Positions 36,353 to 48,649 of a DNA stretch of 64,000 bases are shown here, piece by piece. The notes beneath the pieces were generated by a model. That model saw only the letters and a list, made by a program, of their open reading frames with translations, searched no databases and had not been told where the DNA came from. The stretch is from assembly GCA_964016885.1 (NCBI GenBank), contig OZ024742.1, positions 291,028,001 through 291,092,000 on the forward strand, in the 5' to 3' direction. Within the stretch, counting starts at the first letter, position 1. The number at the start of each line of letters is the position of its first letter. The stretch is from Eledone cirrhosa. Its lineage: Eukaryota. Position numbers and translations under genes: made by a program.

Positions 36353-37305
36353 ATAAATGGAATAGAATGAAACGAAATTTCATTTCTCACTCTTAGTACG
36401 GCACTTACTTAAATGTAAGTATGTATGTATGTATACGTACATACATATATGTATACAGACGTACAGTAGTATATATATATATACACACATGCACATATAT
36501 ATATATATGCACGTATCGGTTTACCGAACATTTATTATAATACTCGGTTTGTTTGTTTGTAACCAAACAAACAGTCCGAATTATGCTGTACAGTGTTTAG
36601 GCAACCACGTCACCTTTTTGTTCAACACTGACACAGGAACGATGTACTAGTTTCAAGCTTATTAGCTATCGTCAGCATCGTATACCTTCCTGCCAGATGG
36701 TTGAATGTCTGAAAGTATATACTTTCCTTATGCATATTAACGGCTGAGCAGCCTAATTTGCATATCGAGTGAGTTCAGTCGGCCGGGCACACCGAAAACG
36801 ATAAATGGAATAGAATGAAACGAAATTTCATTTCTCACTCTTAGTACGGCACTTACTTGAATGTAAGTATGTATGTATGTATACGTACATACATATATGT
36901 ATACAGACGTACAGTAGTATGTATATATATACACACATGCACACATATATATATGCATGTATCGGTTTACCGAACATTTATTATAATGCTCGGTTTGTTT
37001 GTTTGTAAACAAACAAACAGCCCGAATTACGCCGTACAGTGTTTAGGCAACCACGTCACCTTTTTGTTCAACACTGACACAGGAATGATGTACTAGTTTC
37101 AAGCTTGACGTGGTTGCCTAAACACTGTACGGCGTAATTCGGGCTGTTTGTTTGTTTACAAACAAACAAACCGAGCATTATAATAAATGTTCGGTAAACC
37201 GATACGTGCATATATATATGTGTGCATGAGTGTATATATATACATACTACTGTACGTCTGTATAAATATATGTATGTACGTATACATACATACATACTTA
37301 CATTT
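36353..37305. repeat. Hammerhead-containing 448-bp tandem repeat (1.7 units plus an inverted partial unit)
   Basis: ATAAATGGAATAGAATGAAACG at 36353 and 36801; inversion at ~37107. Confidence 0.88.
36639..36681 (-). ncRNA. Minimal type I hammerhead ribozyme
   Basis: ACGAUG-CUGACGA-U-AGCU-AAUA-AGCU-U-GAAA-CUAG-UA-CAUCGU. Confidence 0.88.
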
Positions 37306-37347
37306 ATGTATATATATATATATATATGTATATGTAATATATATGTA

Positions 37348-37378
<31 letters not shown>

Positions 37379-37380
<2 letters not shown>

Positions 37381-39278
37381 CATCATCATCATCATCATCA
37401 TCGTTTAACGTCCACATTCCATGCTTGCATGGGTTTGGACGGGAGTTTTCCCACTTGAGGCAAGAGTGGTTGTCTTGCTCGCATAGGACTGTCTGGCGGG
37501 TTTTCTACAGCTGGATGCCCTTCCTAACACCAACCACATTTACAGTGTGGGACTGGGAGGTTTTTACCGTGTTACCTACACGGCCACATTACAGCGTGGA
37601 CTGTGAGTTTTTTTTGTCATGACACCTACACGACCTCATTTGTTTCGGCGTGGATGTTGTGGCACCAACATAACTTTACATTGAAAGGGGCGGTGTGGAT
37701 GGGGTGGGGGTGGTGGGACGGGGGTGTATTTTGTTAGAGGTGCCTACTGACTGTAGTAGGTTTTACTTTGTATTTAGGTAAGGCGGGTCTTCTCTATTAC
37801 TGAGTACCGCCAAAGGTCTCGGTCCAGTGACATTGTCTTGGAGAGGTGTAAGTGTGTGAGGTCGGAATTTATCAAGTCGTCCCAGGTTTTTCTGGGTCTG
37901 CCTACTCCGTGGCTACCATCTACTTTTATTGCCCTGCACTTTTTTATACAGCTGTCGTCTTTCATGTGCATCACGTGACCATACCAACGTAGCCTTCTCT
38001 CGAGTACACAACATCTGATCCCTCTTATTTCTAATTTTTCCCTTAGTTCGTTAATGCTTTGCCGTTCACGTATATTACTATTACACATCCAGCGGAGCAT
38101 GCAAGCTTCGTTCCTCTCTAGTCTGCGTATATCCTCTGCACACAATGCCCAGGTCTCACTGCCATGCAACATTGCTGTTCGTATGCAGGCATCATACAAC
38201 CTGCCTTTCATTTTTAGGGAGAACCATTTAGCGGCTAATAGTGGTATAAGCTCTCTGAACTTTTTCCATCCAGTTCTGACTCTAGCTACTGTACTTTCAG
38301 AGCACCCTCCCCCACTGCTGATTTTGTCCCCCAGGTAACGGAAGCTGTCCACTATTTCTATAGAACCCTCTGCGCAATTGAAAGAGCTAGTATTTTGTGG
38401 GCACTTGCTGCTACTTATTGCACCAGAGCACCGGCCACATGTAAAATCTATGTTCTTAGTTAGCTTACCTGTGATACCACTACATCTTTTATGCACCCAT
38501 ACTTTGCATTTGGGACATAAAATGGAGTTTCTACCTACGCCTTTCCTACACACTGAGCATGGCCATTTCCCGGAAGGGACCGGCACCTTATTTTCTTTCC
38601 AACAAACTAGAACTTTAGTCTTAGCCAGGTTAATTTTAAGGCCTTTTGATTCTACGCCGTGCTTCCATGTTTGGAATTTCTTCTCTAGCTCGGCCATTGA
38701 TTCAGCTATGAGTGTTAGATCATCTGCGTATAGGAGTTCCCATGGGCAGCCGGCCTTGAACTCCACTGTTATAGCCTGAAGGGCAATAATAAATAGTAGG
38801 GGGTTAAGAACAGAGCCTTGATGAACACCAACTTTTACGCTAAACTCTTCACTATATTCGTTGTTAATTCTAACCTTGCTGACTGTTTCTTTATACATGG
38901 CTTGTATAGCTCTCACAAGCCATTCATCAACACCTAGTTTTCTAAGAGCCCACCAGATAATGGAACGGGGGACTCTGTCGAAGGCTTCCTCCAAGTCGAC
39001 AAAAGCTAAGTATAGGGGTTTACTTTTAGCTAGGTACTTCTCCTGTAGTTGTCGTACAATGAAAAGAGCATCTGTGGTACTTTTGCCTGACACAAACCCG
39101 AACTGCATTTCATCTAGATCGATTCTCTCTCTGATTAGTTGCGCTATTACTTTTTCCGTGACCTTCATGACCTGGTCGATTAATATATCTATAGTTACTC
39201 CTATCTAGGGCATCTCCTTTACCCTTGTAACAGTTAATGATGATGCTGCTACGCCAGTCCTTCGGAACAACCCCATTC
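37379..39278 (-). mobile_element. 5'-truncated young RTE LINE, 464-aa open RT+PHD frame; extra 3' end copy at 39280-39730
   Basis: ORF 37774..39168 with RT motifs; 3'UTR and (ATG)n tail. Confidence 0.95.
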
Positions 39279-40460
39279 TCATCATCATCATCATCATCAT
39301 CGTTTAACGTCCATGTCCCACGCTTGCATGGGTTTGGACGGGAGTTTTCCCACTTGAGGCAAGAGTGGTTGTCATTGCTCGCATATTACTGTATGGCGGG
39401 TTTTTTACAGCTGGATGCCTTTCCTCACACCAACCACATTTACAGTGTGGGGCTGGGAGGTTTTTACCGTGTTGCCTACACGGCCACATTACAGCGTGGA
39501 CTGTATGTTTTTTTGTTGTGACACCTACACAATCTCATTTGTTTCGGCCTGGATGTTGTGGCACCAACATAACTTTACATTGAAAGGGGCGGTGTGAATG
39601 GGGTGGGGGTAGTGGGACGGGGGTGTATTTTGTTAGAGATGCCTACTGACTGTAGTAGGTTTTACTTTGTATTTAGGTAAGGCGGGTCTTCTCTATTACT
39701 GAGTACCGCCAAAGGTCTCGGTCCAGTGACATATATATATATATACAAAATTAAGATAAATTAAATTAAATTAAATTAAATTAAATTAAATTAAGGGTGT
39801 CAGATAGACATGCGCCATATCACCCGTAAAATATGCTCCAAGATTCTAATGAGTAGATCCGAGCATTTTATATCAACTAGAAATTGATTGACATATAATT
39901 AAACATATGAAACAATCACAGGGGATAATTTGTAAAAGTGTGTAAGCACACATAGCTAGGTAGGTAACTAAATAAAGTTTAACTAGAACTTCAAAAATAG
40001 ATACCTTATAATTTGATTAATCTTCCTCGTATATATTCCATTAAAGAAATATATTTCACCAATTAATCGAATGGTAAACCACGGAAGTGGAGACTTGGAT
40101 TTTCAAGAAGGAAGAAGTTCCAGCGATCTGTGTTTACGCATCAAGTTCAAATCAGCGACTGGCCAGTAACACGTGCTGTATCCACTAAAAATACACACAT
40201 CATCCCAGTGGCGTGAATAGGGTTATCAACAACTAGAAACACCAGTCAAGTCCTTTCAACTGAGTTAGCTCTACAATTACGGGCCCGTATTTATATATAT
40301 CCAAAATTAAGATAAATTGAATTAAATTAAATTAAATCAAATTAAATTATATCCCCTGTGATTGTTTCCTATGTTTAATTATGTCAATCAATTTCTAGTT
40401 TATATATATATATATATATATATAAATTAGGATTGCTGCTCTGAAATAGTGATGTATACA

Positions 40461-40907
40461 TGAATGTATGTATAGTATATTTGGCAATAAACCATATGTT
40501 TAATTAAAAACATTTTGAAGACCTTGCGCTATCATTTTTAAAGTAGTGACTATGTCACTTACTTCTTTTTTCGGCAAAAGAAGGGAGAGAAGCTGACAGA
40601 TTCTGTTTCACGCTGTTGGCGATCCTAATTTTTTATTTTTGCTAGACCGCCAATCGCTCCGTATAATCAGTTCCTGATTATTACTGGAATTCTATAAGAA
40701 TCCAGCCTCTATAATTTTCAGCAAAGGTGGGGAGTACGATGCTCTGAGAATCGCCAACAGCGTGAAACAGAATCTGTCAGCTTCTCTCCCTTCTTTTGCC
40801 AAAAAAAGAAGTGACATAGTCACTACTTTAAAAATGATAGTGCAAGGTCTTCAAAATGTTTTTAATTAAACATACGGTATATTGCCAAATATACTATACA
40901 TACATTC

Positions 40908-40908
<1 letters not shown>
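40461..40908. mobile_element. Fold-back (~165-bp arms) Penelope pseudo-LTR remnant with HHR motif at 40738-40784 (+)
   Basis: 40461-40627 is the near reverse complement of 40747-40908; GCU-CUGAGAA-UCGC-CAACA-GCGU-GAAA-CAGAAUCUG-UC-AGC. Confidence 0.7.
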
Positions 40909-40971
<63 letters not shown>

Positions 40972-40998
40972 TGTATGTATAGTATATTTGGCAATATA

Positions 40999-41064
<66 letters not shown>

Positions 41065-41164
41065 GTATATATATATATATATATGTACATACATATGTAT
41101 ATATATATGTATATATATATATGTATATATATATATATGTACATATATATGTATGTATATATAT

Positions 41165-41905
41165 AGGTACACCGTCAGCAAATCAGAGACCCAAATGTCC
41201 GTCAGATACTCCTAAGTAACCATCTAGCACCATGTGGTCAGGGAATATTTATAATATTCCCATTCTACAAATTACACAGCCCAAGTGAAATCAAGAGAAA
41301 AATCAAAGAAAAATCAAAGAAAAGAATTTTATTGATAAATTCAAACCCAAGCTAAATGAACAATAATAATGCTTAGGGTTATTACTTCTACTATGACTAT
41401 GACTACGACCATGTCGACTACGACCACTAACAACAACAACAACAATAATAATAATAATAAAAGTCATGTTGATGGTGATGATTACTAGAAAATGCTATTT
41501 TCATCATTTCTAAAAATAGCAAAACAATTGATGCTTTGGATAGGATCAATTAGTGGTCGTTAGACATGCTCAACCAACCGTGATGCCTAAACCAATCAGC
41601 TTTAGTAATCCAGTGAAACTACACAACGATTTGTCGCAATACAGTTTGCAAGATTTAGCATTCTGGAGCCACTTTTCACTGTATATAAGGTACAAAATTT
41701 ACCCATCTCATTACAGTTGAAAATTGCAAACTTGACTGTCACCACACATTATGAACCTGAAGATTGCGAAAGCATGAAAGTACTTGTTCAATTAACACTT
41801 AACATTTAATATTCTATCATACTATTTCATTATAATACCATTATAAATTTTAAAGGATTGTAAATAAAACGAGTAAATCAGACAAAGTTGGAATTCCTCT
41901 TATTA
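41165..41905 (+). mobile_element. Penelope-like element 3' end (GIY-YIG C-terminal part + 3'UTR/pseudo-LTR)
   Basis: [36 protein letters not shown]...RKIKE..FIDKFKPKLN* followed by an HHR; flanked by (TA)n. Confidence 0.8.
41752..41790 (+). ncRNA. Minimal type I hammerhead ribozyme
   Basis: UGAAC-CUGAAGA-U-UGC-GAAA-GCA-U-GAAA-GUAC-UU-GUUCA. Confidence 0.88.
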
Positions 41906-41942
41906 ATATATATATGTATATATATATATATATAAGCATATA

Positions 41943-41995
<53 letters not shown>

Positions 41996-42433
41996 GTATG
42001 TATATAAAAGAGAAAATTTTTGCTCTACATGGCTGAATACAATAAATGTAATCTGAGTTTTTCGACTATTAATAATAACATTCCATTCGTTTGCAATTAT
42101 GCAAACAAGCCTCAATTTTATAGCCATGTCAATTTTATAGGCTGATCAGTGGATCTGCTAATATACAGATCTGACTGATCAGCCAGTCTGCTAATATACA
42201 AATCAGGCCGATCAGTCACTGTGTATTTTTGAAAATAGCATATGTTTTCACTAGCTCTGACAGTTTGGCAGGTGAACAGTGAGCTGTACTGATGAAGGGT
42301 GATACCCAGAAACATTAGTGTCTGCAGTTCTGTTCACATGCCAAGACAAGAGCAAGAATGAGGCTTATTTGCATAATTGCAAACAAATCGAATATTATTA
42401 TTAATATTCGAAAAACCCAGATTACATTTATTG

Positions 42434-42486
<53 letters not shown>

Positions 42487-42490
<4 letters not shown>

Positions 42491-43713
42491 TCATCATCAT
42501 CATCATTGTTTAACGTCCGTGTTCCACGCTTGCATGGGTTTGGACGGGGGTTTTCCCACTTGAGGCAAGAGTGATTGTCTTGCTCGCATAGGACTGTCTG
42601 GCGGGTTTTCTACAGCTGGATGCCCTTCCTAACACCAACCATATTTACAGTGTGGGGCTGGGAGGTTTTTACCGTGTTGCCTACACGGCCACATTACAGC
42701 GTGGACTGTCTGGCGGGTTTTCTACAGCTGGATGCCCTTCCTAACACCAACCACATTTACAGTGTGGGGCTGGGAGGTTTTTACCGTGTTGCCTACACGG
42801 CCACATTTACAGCGTGGACTGTGTGTTTTTTTGTCGTGACACCTACACGATCTCATTTGTTTCAGCCTGGATGTTGTGGCACCAACATAACTTTACATTG
42901 AAAGGGGCGGTGTGGATGGGGTGGGGGTGGTGGGACGGGGGTGTATTTTGTTAGAGATGCCTACTGACTGTAGTAGGTTTTACTTTGTATTTAGGTAAGG
43001 CGGGTCTTCTCTATTACTGAGTACCGCCAAAGGTCTCGGTCCAGTGACATTGTCTTGGAGAGGTGTAAGTGTGTGAGGTCGGAATTTATCAGCTCGTCCC
43101 AGGTTTTTCTGGGTCTGCCTACTCCGTAGCTACCGTCTATCTTTATTGCCCTGCACTTTGTTATACAGCTGTCGTCTTTCATGCGCATCACGTGACCATA
43201 CCAACGTAGCCTTCTCTCGAGTAAACAACATCTGATCCCTCTTATTTCTAATTTTTTCCTTAGTTCTCTTATGCTTTGCCGTTCACGTATGTTACTATTA
43301 CACATCCAGCGGAGCATGCAAGCTTCGTTCCTCTCTAGTCTGCGTATATCCTCTGCACACAATGCCCAGGTCTCACTGCCATGCAACATTGCTGTTCGTA
43401 TGCAGGCATCATACAACCTGCCTTTCATTTTTAGGGAGAACCCTTTAGTGGCTAATAGTGGTATAAGCTCTCTGAACTTTTTTCATCCAGTTCTGACTCT
43501 AGCTACTGTACTTTCAGAGCACCCTCCCCCACTGGTGATTTTGTCACCCAGGTAACGGAAGCTATCCACTATTTCTATAGAACCCTCTGCGCAATTGAAA
43601 GAGCTAGTATTTTGTGGGCACTTGCTGCTACTTATTGCACCAGAGCACCGGCCACATGTAAAATCTATGTTCTTAGTTAGCTTACCTGTGATCCCACTAC
43701 ATCTTTTATGCAC

Positions 43714-43716
<3 letters not shown>
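42487..43716 (-). mobile_element. 5'-truncated RTE LINE with internal duplication in the 3'UTR
   Basis: ORF 42991..43428; near-identical to the other copies. Confidence 0.92.
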
Positions 43717-43779
<63 letters not shown>

Positions 43780-44015
43780 GTGTGTATGTGTATATATATA
43801 TATAGAGAGAGACAAAGGTAGACCACGAAAAACATGGGTGGAGGTTGTGAGAGCAGACCTCAGATCGCTGAAATTCACCAAGGAGATGATGAAGGACCAT
43901 GGCAAGTGGAGAGATGCTGTGCTGAATAGGAGCCCTCCAACCCTTGCAAGCAGGTAAAAGCGGACGTAAAATGATGATGATGATGAATGATGATGATGAT
44001 ATATATATATATGTA

Positions 44016-44101
<86 letters not shown>

Positions 44102-44160
44102 TATATACATATATATATATATGTATATATATGTATGTATATATATATATATATATGTAT

Positions 44161-44512
44161 GTAAATATCTTTAAGTCGTTTGGAAGCCTCGACAATGCAA
44201 ATGGGTAAATCTCCGGGTAACAAGATCCGGTGGTGGAATGAGAGATGTAAGTGGGTGTACGTTGAGATGCATGGTGTGTATAAGATGTGTAGAAGAATGA
44301 AGGATAAAATAAAAGGCTAAAAATAAAAGGATAAAAATAAAAGGATAAAAATAAATAAAAATAACAACACGAGAGAGAGTTACCTTGGGAGAGATTTAAT
44401 TGTCCCTATATATTTCGGATTCACATCCATCAACTGGGGGTTTTTTCCGGGGTGGGGGAAAGGTTATCTGTTGGAAAGGTGCGAAACGCGTCCTTCGCTG
44501 TTTGTTGTTTTG
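44161..44512 (-). mobile_element. Solo pseudo-LTR of the Penelope family at 56647-58268
   Basis: Matches the reverse complement of ~57925-58268. Confidence 0.85.
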
Positions 44513-44518
44513 AATATA

Positions 44519-44550
<32 letters not shown>

Positions 44551-44622
44551 TATATGTATGTATATATATATATATGTATATATATATATGTATGTATATA
44601 TATATGTATATGTATATGTATG

Positions 44623-45200
44623 TCAGGTCACCAGTTGGTGCTACTGGTAACATGTATCCCAGTACAACCTGTCTCATGGTCGGGTCATTGGCGACTAAAC
44701 TGGCAACCCCACCAAGGTTTCTTGGTGAGGAGGGTGACTTTGGACATCCTGCAGGACTAAAAACAAAGAGTCAATGGCCATCCAAAATCACCGGGAGAGA
44801 TGACCCCTTAGCCTTTGTCAAGGCAGAATTCTAGGAGAAGGAAAACTGATATAACACCTGCAACCCTGACGGTATCCAATGATGTTGACTTGTTCTTCTT
44901 TTTGGTAAATACCATCTTGGTTAAGAGAGTGGGACTGGCTTTGTGCAGTGCCTTTGCTCACTATAAAAGCTTTACGGCACAGGCATTGCTTTATATCTGG
45001 AGATCTCTCTGCACTTGTCGTCACATGGTACCATGGTCCTAGCACTATGTGTCAATAATTGTCACAGGTGTAGTGTTTGTACCAGGGTTTTCAAGTCGCT
45101 GGCTGGACTAAAAAGTCACACTCGTTCAGCGCATCAGTAGGGGCTCTCCTACATGGATATAAAGTAGTGTCCGTACTCGAAAACGAGTTGGCAGCCACCA
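44623..45200 (+). mobile_element. Internally deleted RTE (BovB-like) derivative: 5'UTR-like part joined to a C-terminal C2H2 finger and 3' end
   Basis: GGAGAAGGAAAACT 5'UTR motif; 45069-45140 encodes CSVCTRVFKSLAGLKSHTRSAHQ*. Confidence 0.6.
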
Positions 45201-45256
45201 TGTATATGTATGTATATATATATACATGTATATATATATGTATATATATATATGTA

Positions 45257-47846
45257 TATTACTTGATGCTTTCGACAGTAAGGAAGAGCATTTAGAGTCG
45301 TACAATATAGAGGAACAGTGGGAATTCCTGAAAGCAAACCTGCTGAAGGCGACAGATGAAATCTGTGGCTGGAGCAGGCCTATAGGCAGGAGGAGAGTAA
45401 CATAGTGGTGGAACAGTAAGGTGGAGGAGTCGATTAAGGCCAAAAAGCAGGCTTGGACAGTATGGCGGGATGGGGGAAGTAGAGAAGACTATCAAGTGGC
45501 CAGGAGGGAAGCTAGGAGACAAGTGTACTTCGCAAGAAGGGAAGCAGAGGAAAGAAAGTTCAAGCATGTTCTACAACGTGAGGACCAAAAACGTGAGGTG
45601 TTCAGGATTGCTAGGCAATGTGTCAAGGAAAACCGTGATATTGTTGGGGACAAGTGTGTACTAAATGATGATGGCGTACTCGCAATCACTGACGCTGATA
45701 AGAAGGTCGCTTGGACGTGTCACTACGAGAGGCTACTAAATGTGGAGAATAAATGGGAGAAGGATAGTCTCCCCCAGATCGATCCAATAGAGGGACCAGC
45801 AGTGTTAGTTGAAGGTAGTATAATAAGTAAGGCAATCAAAGATATGAAGACGGGTAAGGCGGCTGGGCCTTCGGAAATAGTTGCTGAGATGCTGAAGGCC
45901 TCTGGAATGGTGGGACACACCATGGTCACCCGGATAGTAAACCAAGTCATACAGGATGGGGTTGTTCCGAAGGACTGGTGTAGCAGCATCATCATTAACT
46001 GTTACAAGGGTAAAGGAGACACCCTAGATAGGAGTAACTATAGAGGCATTAAATTAATCGACCAGGTCATGAAGGTCACGGAAAAAGTAATAGTGCAACT
46101 AATCAAAGAGAGAATCGATCTAGATGAAATGCAGTTCGGGTTTGTGTCAGGCAAAAGTACCACAGACGCTCTTTTCATTGTACGACAACTACAGGAGAAG
46201 TACCTAGCTAAAAGTAAACCCCTATACTTAGCCTTTGTCAACTTGGAGAAAGCCTTCGACAGAGTCCCCCGTTCCATTATCTGGTGACCTCTTAGAAAAC
46301 TAGGTATTGACGAATGGCTTGTGAGAGCTATACAAGCCATGTATAAAGAAACAGTGAGCAAGGTTAGAATTAACAACGAATATAGTGAAGAGTTTAGCGT
46401 AAAAGTTGGTGTCCATCAGGGCTCTGTTCTTAGCCCCCTACTATTTATTATTGCCCTTCAGGCTATAACAGAGGAGTTCAAGACCGGCTGCCCATGGGAA
46501 CTCCTATACGCAGATGATCTAACGCTCATAGCTGAATCAATGGCCGAGCTAGAGAAGAAATTCCAAACATGGAAGCATGGCCTAGAATCAAAAGGCCTTA
46601 AAATTAACCTGGCTAAGACTAAAGTTCTAGTTTGTAGGAAAGAAAATATGGCACCGGTCCCTTCCGGGAAATGGCCATGCTCAGTGTATAGGAAAGGCGT
46701 AGGCAGAAACTCCATTTTATGTCCCAAATGCAAAGTATGGGTGCATAAAAGATGTAGTGGGATCACAGGTAAGCTAACTAAGAACACAGATTTTACATGT
46801 GGCCGGTGCTCTGGTGCAATAAGTAGCAGCAAGTGCCCACAAAATACTAGTTCTTTCAATTGCGCAGAGTGTTCTATAGAAATAGTGGACAGCTTCCGTT
46901 ACCTGGGTGACAAAATCAGCAGTGGGGGAGGGTGCTCTGAAAGTACTGTAGCTAGAGTCAGAACTGGATGGAAAAAGTTCAGAGAGCTTATACCACTATT
47001 AGCTGCTAAATGGTTCTCCCTAAAAATGAAAGGCAGGTTGTATGATGCCTGCATACGAACAGCAATGTTGCATGGCAGTGAGACCTGGGCATTGTGTGCA
47101 GAGGATATACGCCGACTAGAGAGGAACGAAGCTTGCATGCTCTGCTGGATGTGTAATAGTAATATACGTGAACGGCAAAGCATAAACGAACTAAGGAAAA
47201 AATTAGAAATAAGAGGGATCAGATGTCGTTTACTCGAGAGAAGGCTACGTTGGTATGGTCACGTGATGCGCATGAAAGACGACAGCTGTATAGCAAAGTG
47301 CAGGGCAATAAAGATAGATGGTAGCCACGGAGTAGGCAGACCCAGAAAAACCTGGGACGAGCTGATAAATTCCGACCTCACACACTTACACCTCTCCAAG
47401 ACAATGTCACTGGACCGAGACCTTTGGCGGTACTCAGTAATAGAGAAGACCCGCCTTACCTAAATACAAAGTAAAACCTACTACAGTCAGTAGGCATCTC
47501 TAACAAAATACACCCCCGTCCCACCACCCCCACCCCATCCACACCACCCCCTTCAATGTGAAGTTATGTTGGTACCACAACATCCAGTCCGAAACAAATG
47601 AGGTCGTCTAGGTGTCACGACAAAAAAAACACAGTCCACGCTGTAATGTGGCCGTGTAGGTAACACGGTAAAAACCTCCCAGCCCTACACTGTAAATGTG
47701 GTTGGTGTTAGGAAGGGCATCCAGCTGTAGAAAACCCGCCAGACAGTCCTATGCGAACAAGACAACCACTCTTGCCTCAAGTGGGAAAACTCCCGTCCAA
47801 ACCCATGCAAGCGTGGAACATGGACGTTAAACGATGATGATGATGA
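45257..47846 (+). mobile_element. 5'-truncated RTE LINE (RT + PHD, in-frame stops) with 3'UTR and tail
   Basis: ORFs 45421..46287 and 46321..47463 in the same frame. Confidence 0.95.
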
Positions 47847-48026
47847 TATGTATATATATATATATACTCAACTCTGTGAGTGAACACCGTTAATTTTCTC
47901 CCTCATATCAAGGATTTGAAGACAATTAATCGATCATGGTTACATGATCGATCTCTCTCTTATTGAAACATGTGTTGTGATTAAAATGATTGGAACTTTA
48001 TACCATGGCTTCGGATCTTTGTTTTG

Positions 48027-48076
<50 letters not shown>

Positions 48077-48649
48077 GTATCTCTCTCTCTATATATATAT
48101 ATATATCATCATCATCACCGTTTTACGTCCGTTCTTCCACGCTAGCATGGGTTAGACAGGTTGTCCTGTTGTGGGCAGTGTCCGGTCATCTGACCTTGTC
48201 TTGCTCATACGGGAACTGATTCTGGCTTGATTTCTACAGCTGGATGCCCTTCCTAACACCAACCTTATTTACAGTGAGTGCTGGGTGCTTTTTTCCCGTG
48301 GCACCTACACGTCCACTTTACAGTGTGGGCTGAGTGCTTTTTTGCCATGGCACCTCTACGACCACTTCGCAGTGGAATGATAGGGACCCCTGTCCTATCA
48401 ACACATTTCTACAGCTGAGTAATCTTGAGCAATGTGAAATAAAGTGTCTTGCTGAAGGAAACAACACATCACCCGGTCCGAGAATTGAACTCACAACCTT
48501 TCAATTGCAAGCCCAATGCTCTAACCACTAAGCCATGTGCCTTCATATATGTATATGTATATATATGTATATGTATATATATGTATATGAATATATATGT
48601 ATATGTATATATATGTATATGAATATATATGTATATGTATATGTATATG

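Noticed and set aside
37685-37728. G-rich tract (potential G-quadruplex) in RTE 3'UTRs
   Set aside because: On the antisense strand of the element and variable among copies; no evidence of function.
38054-39208. ORFs antisense to the RTE frames, recurring in each copy
   Set aside because: Shadow frames of the LINE ORF with no independent motifs.
47916-47990. UUGAAGA...GAAA-CAUG-UG motif with internal palindrome
   Set aside because: Too degenerate (C3U, G at the cleavage site, no stem I) to call.
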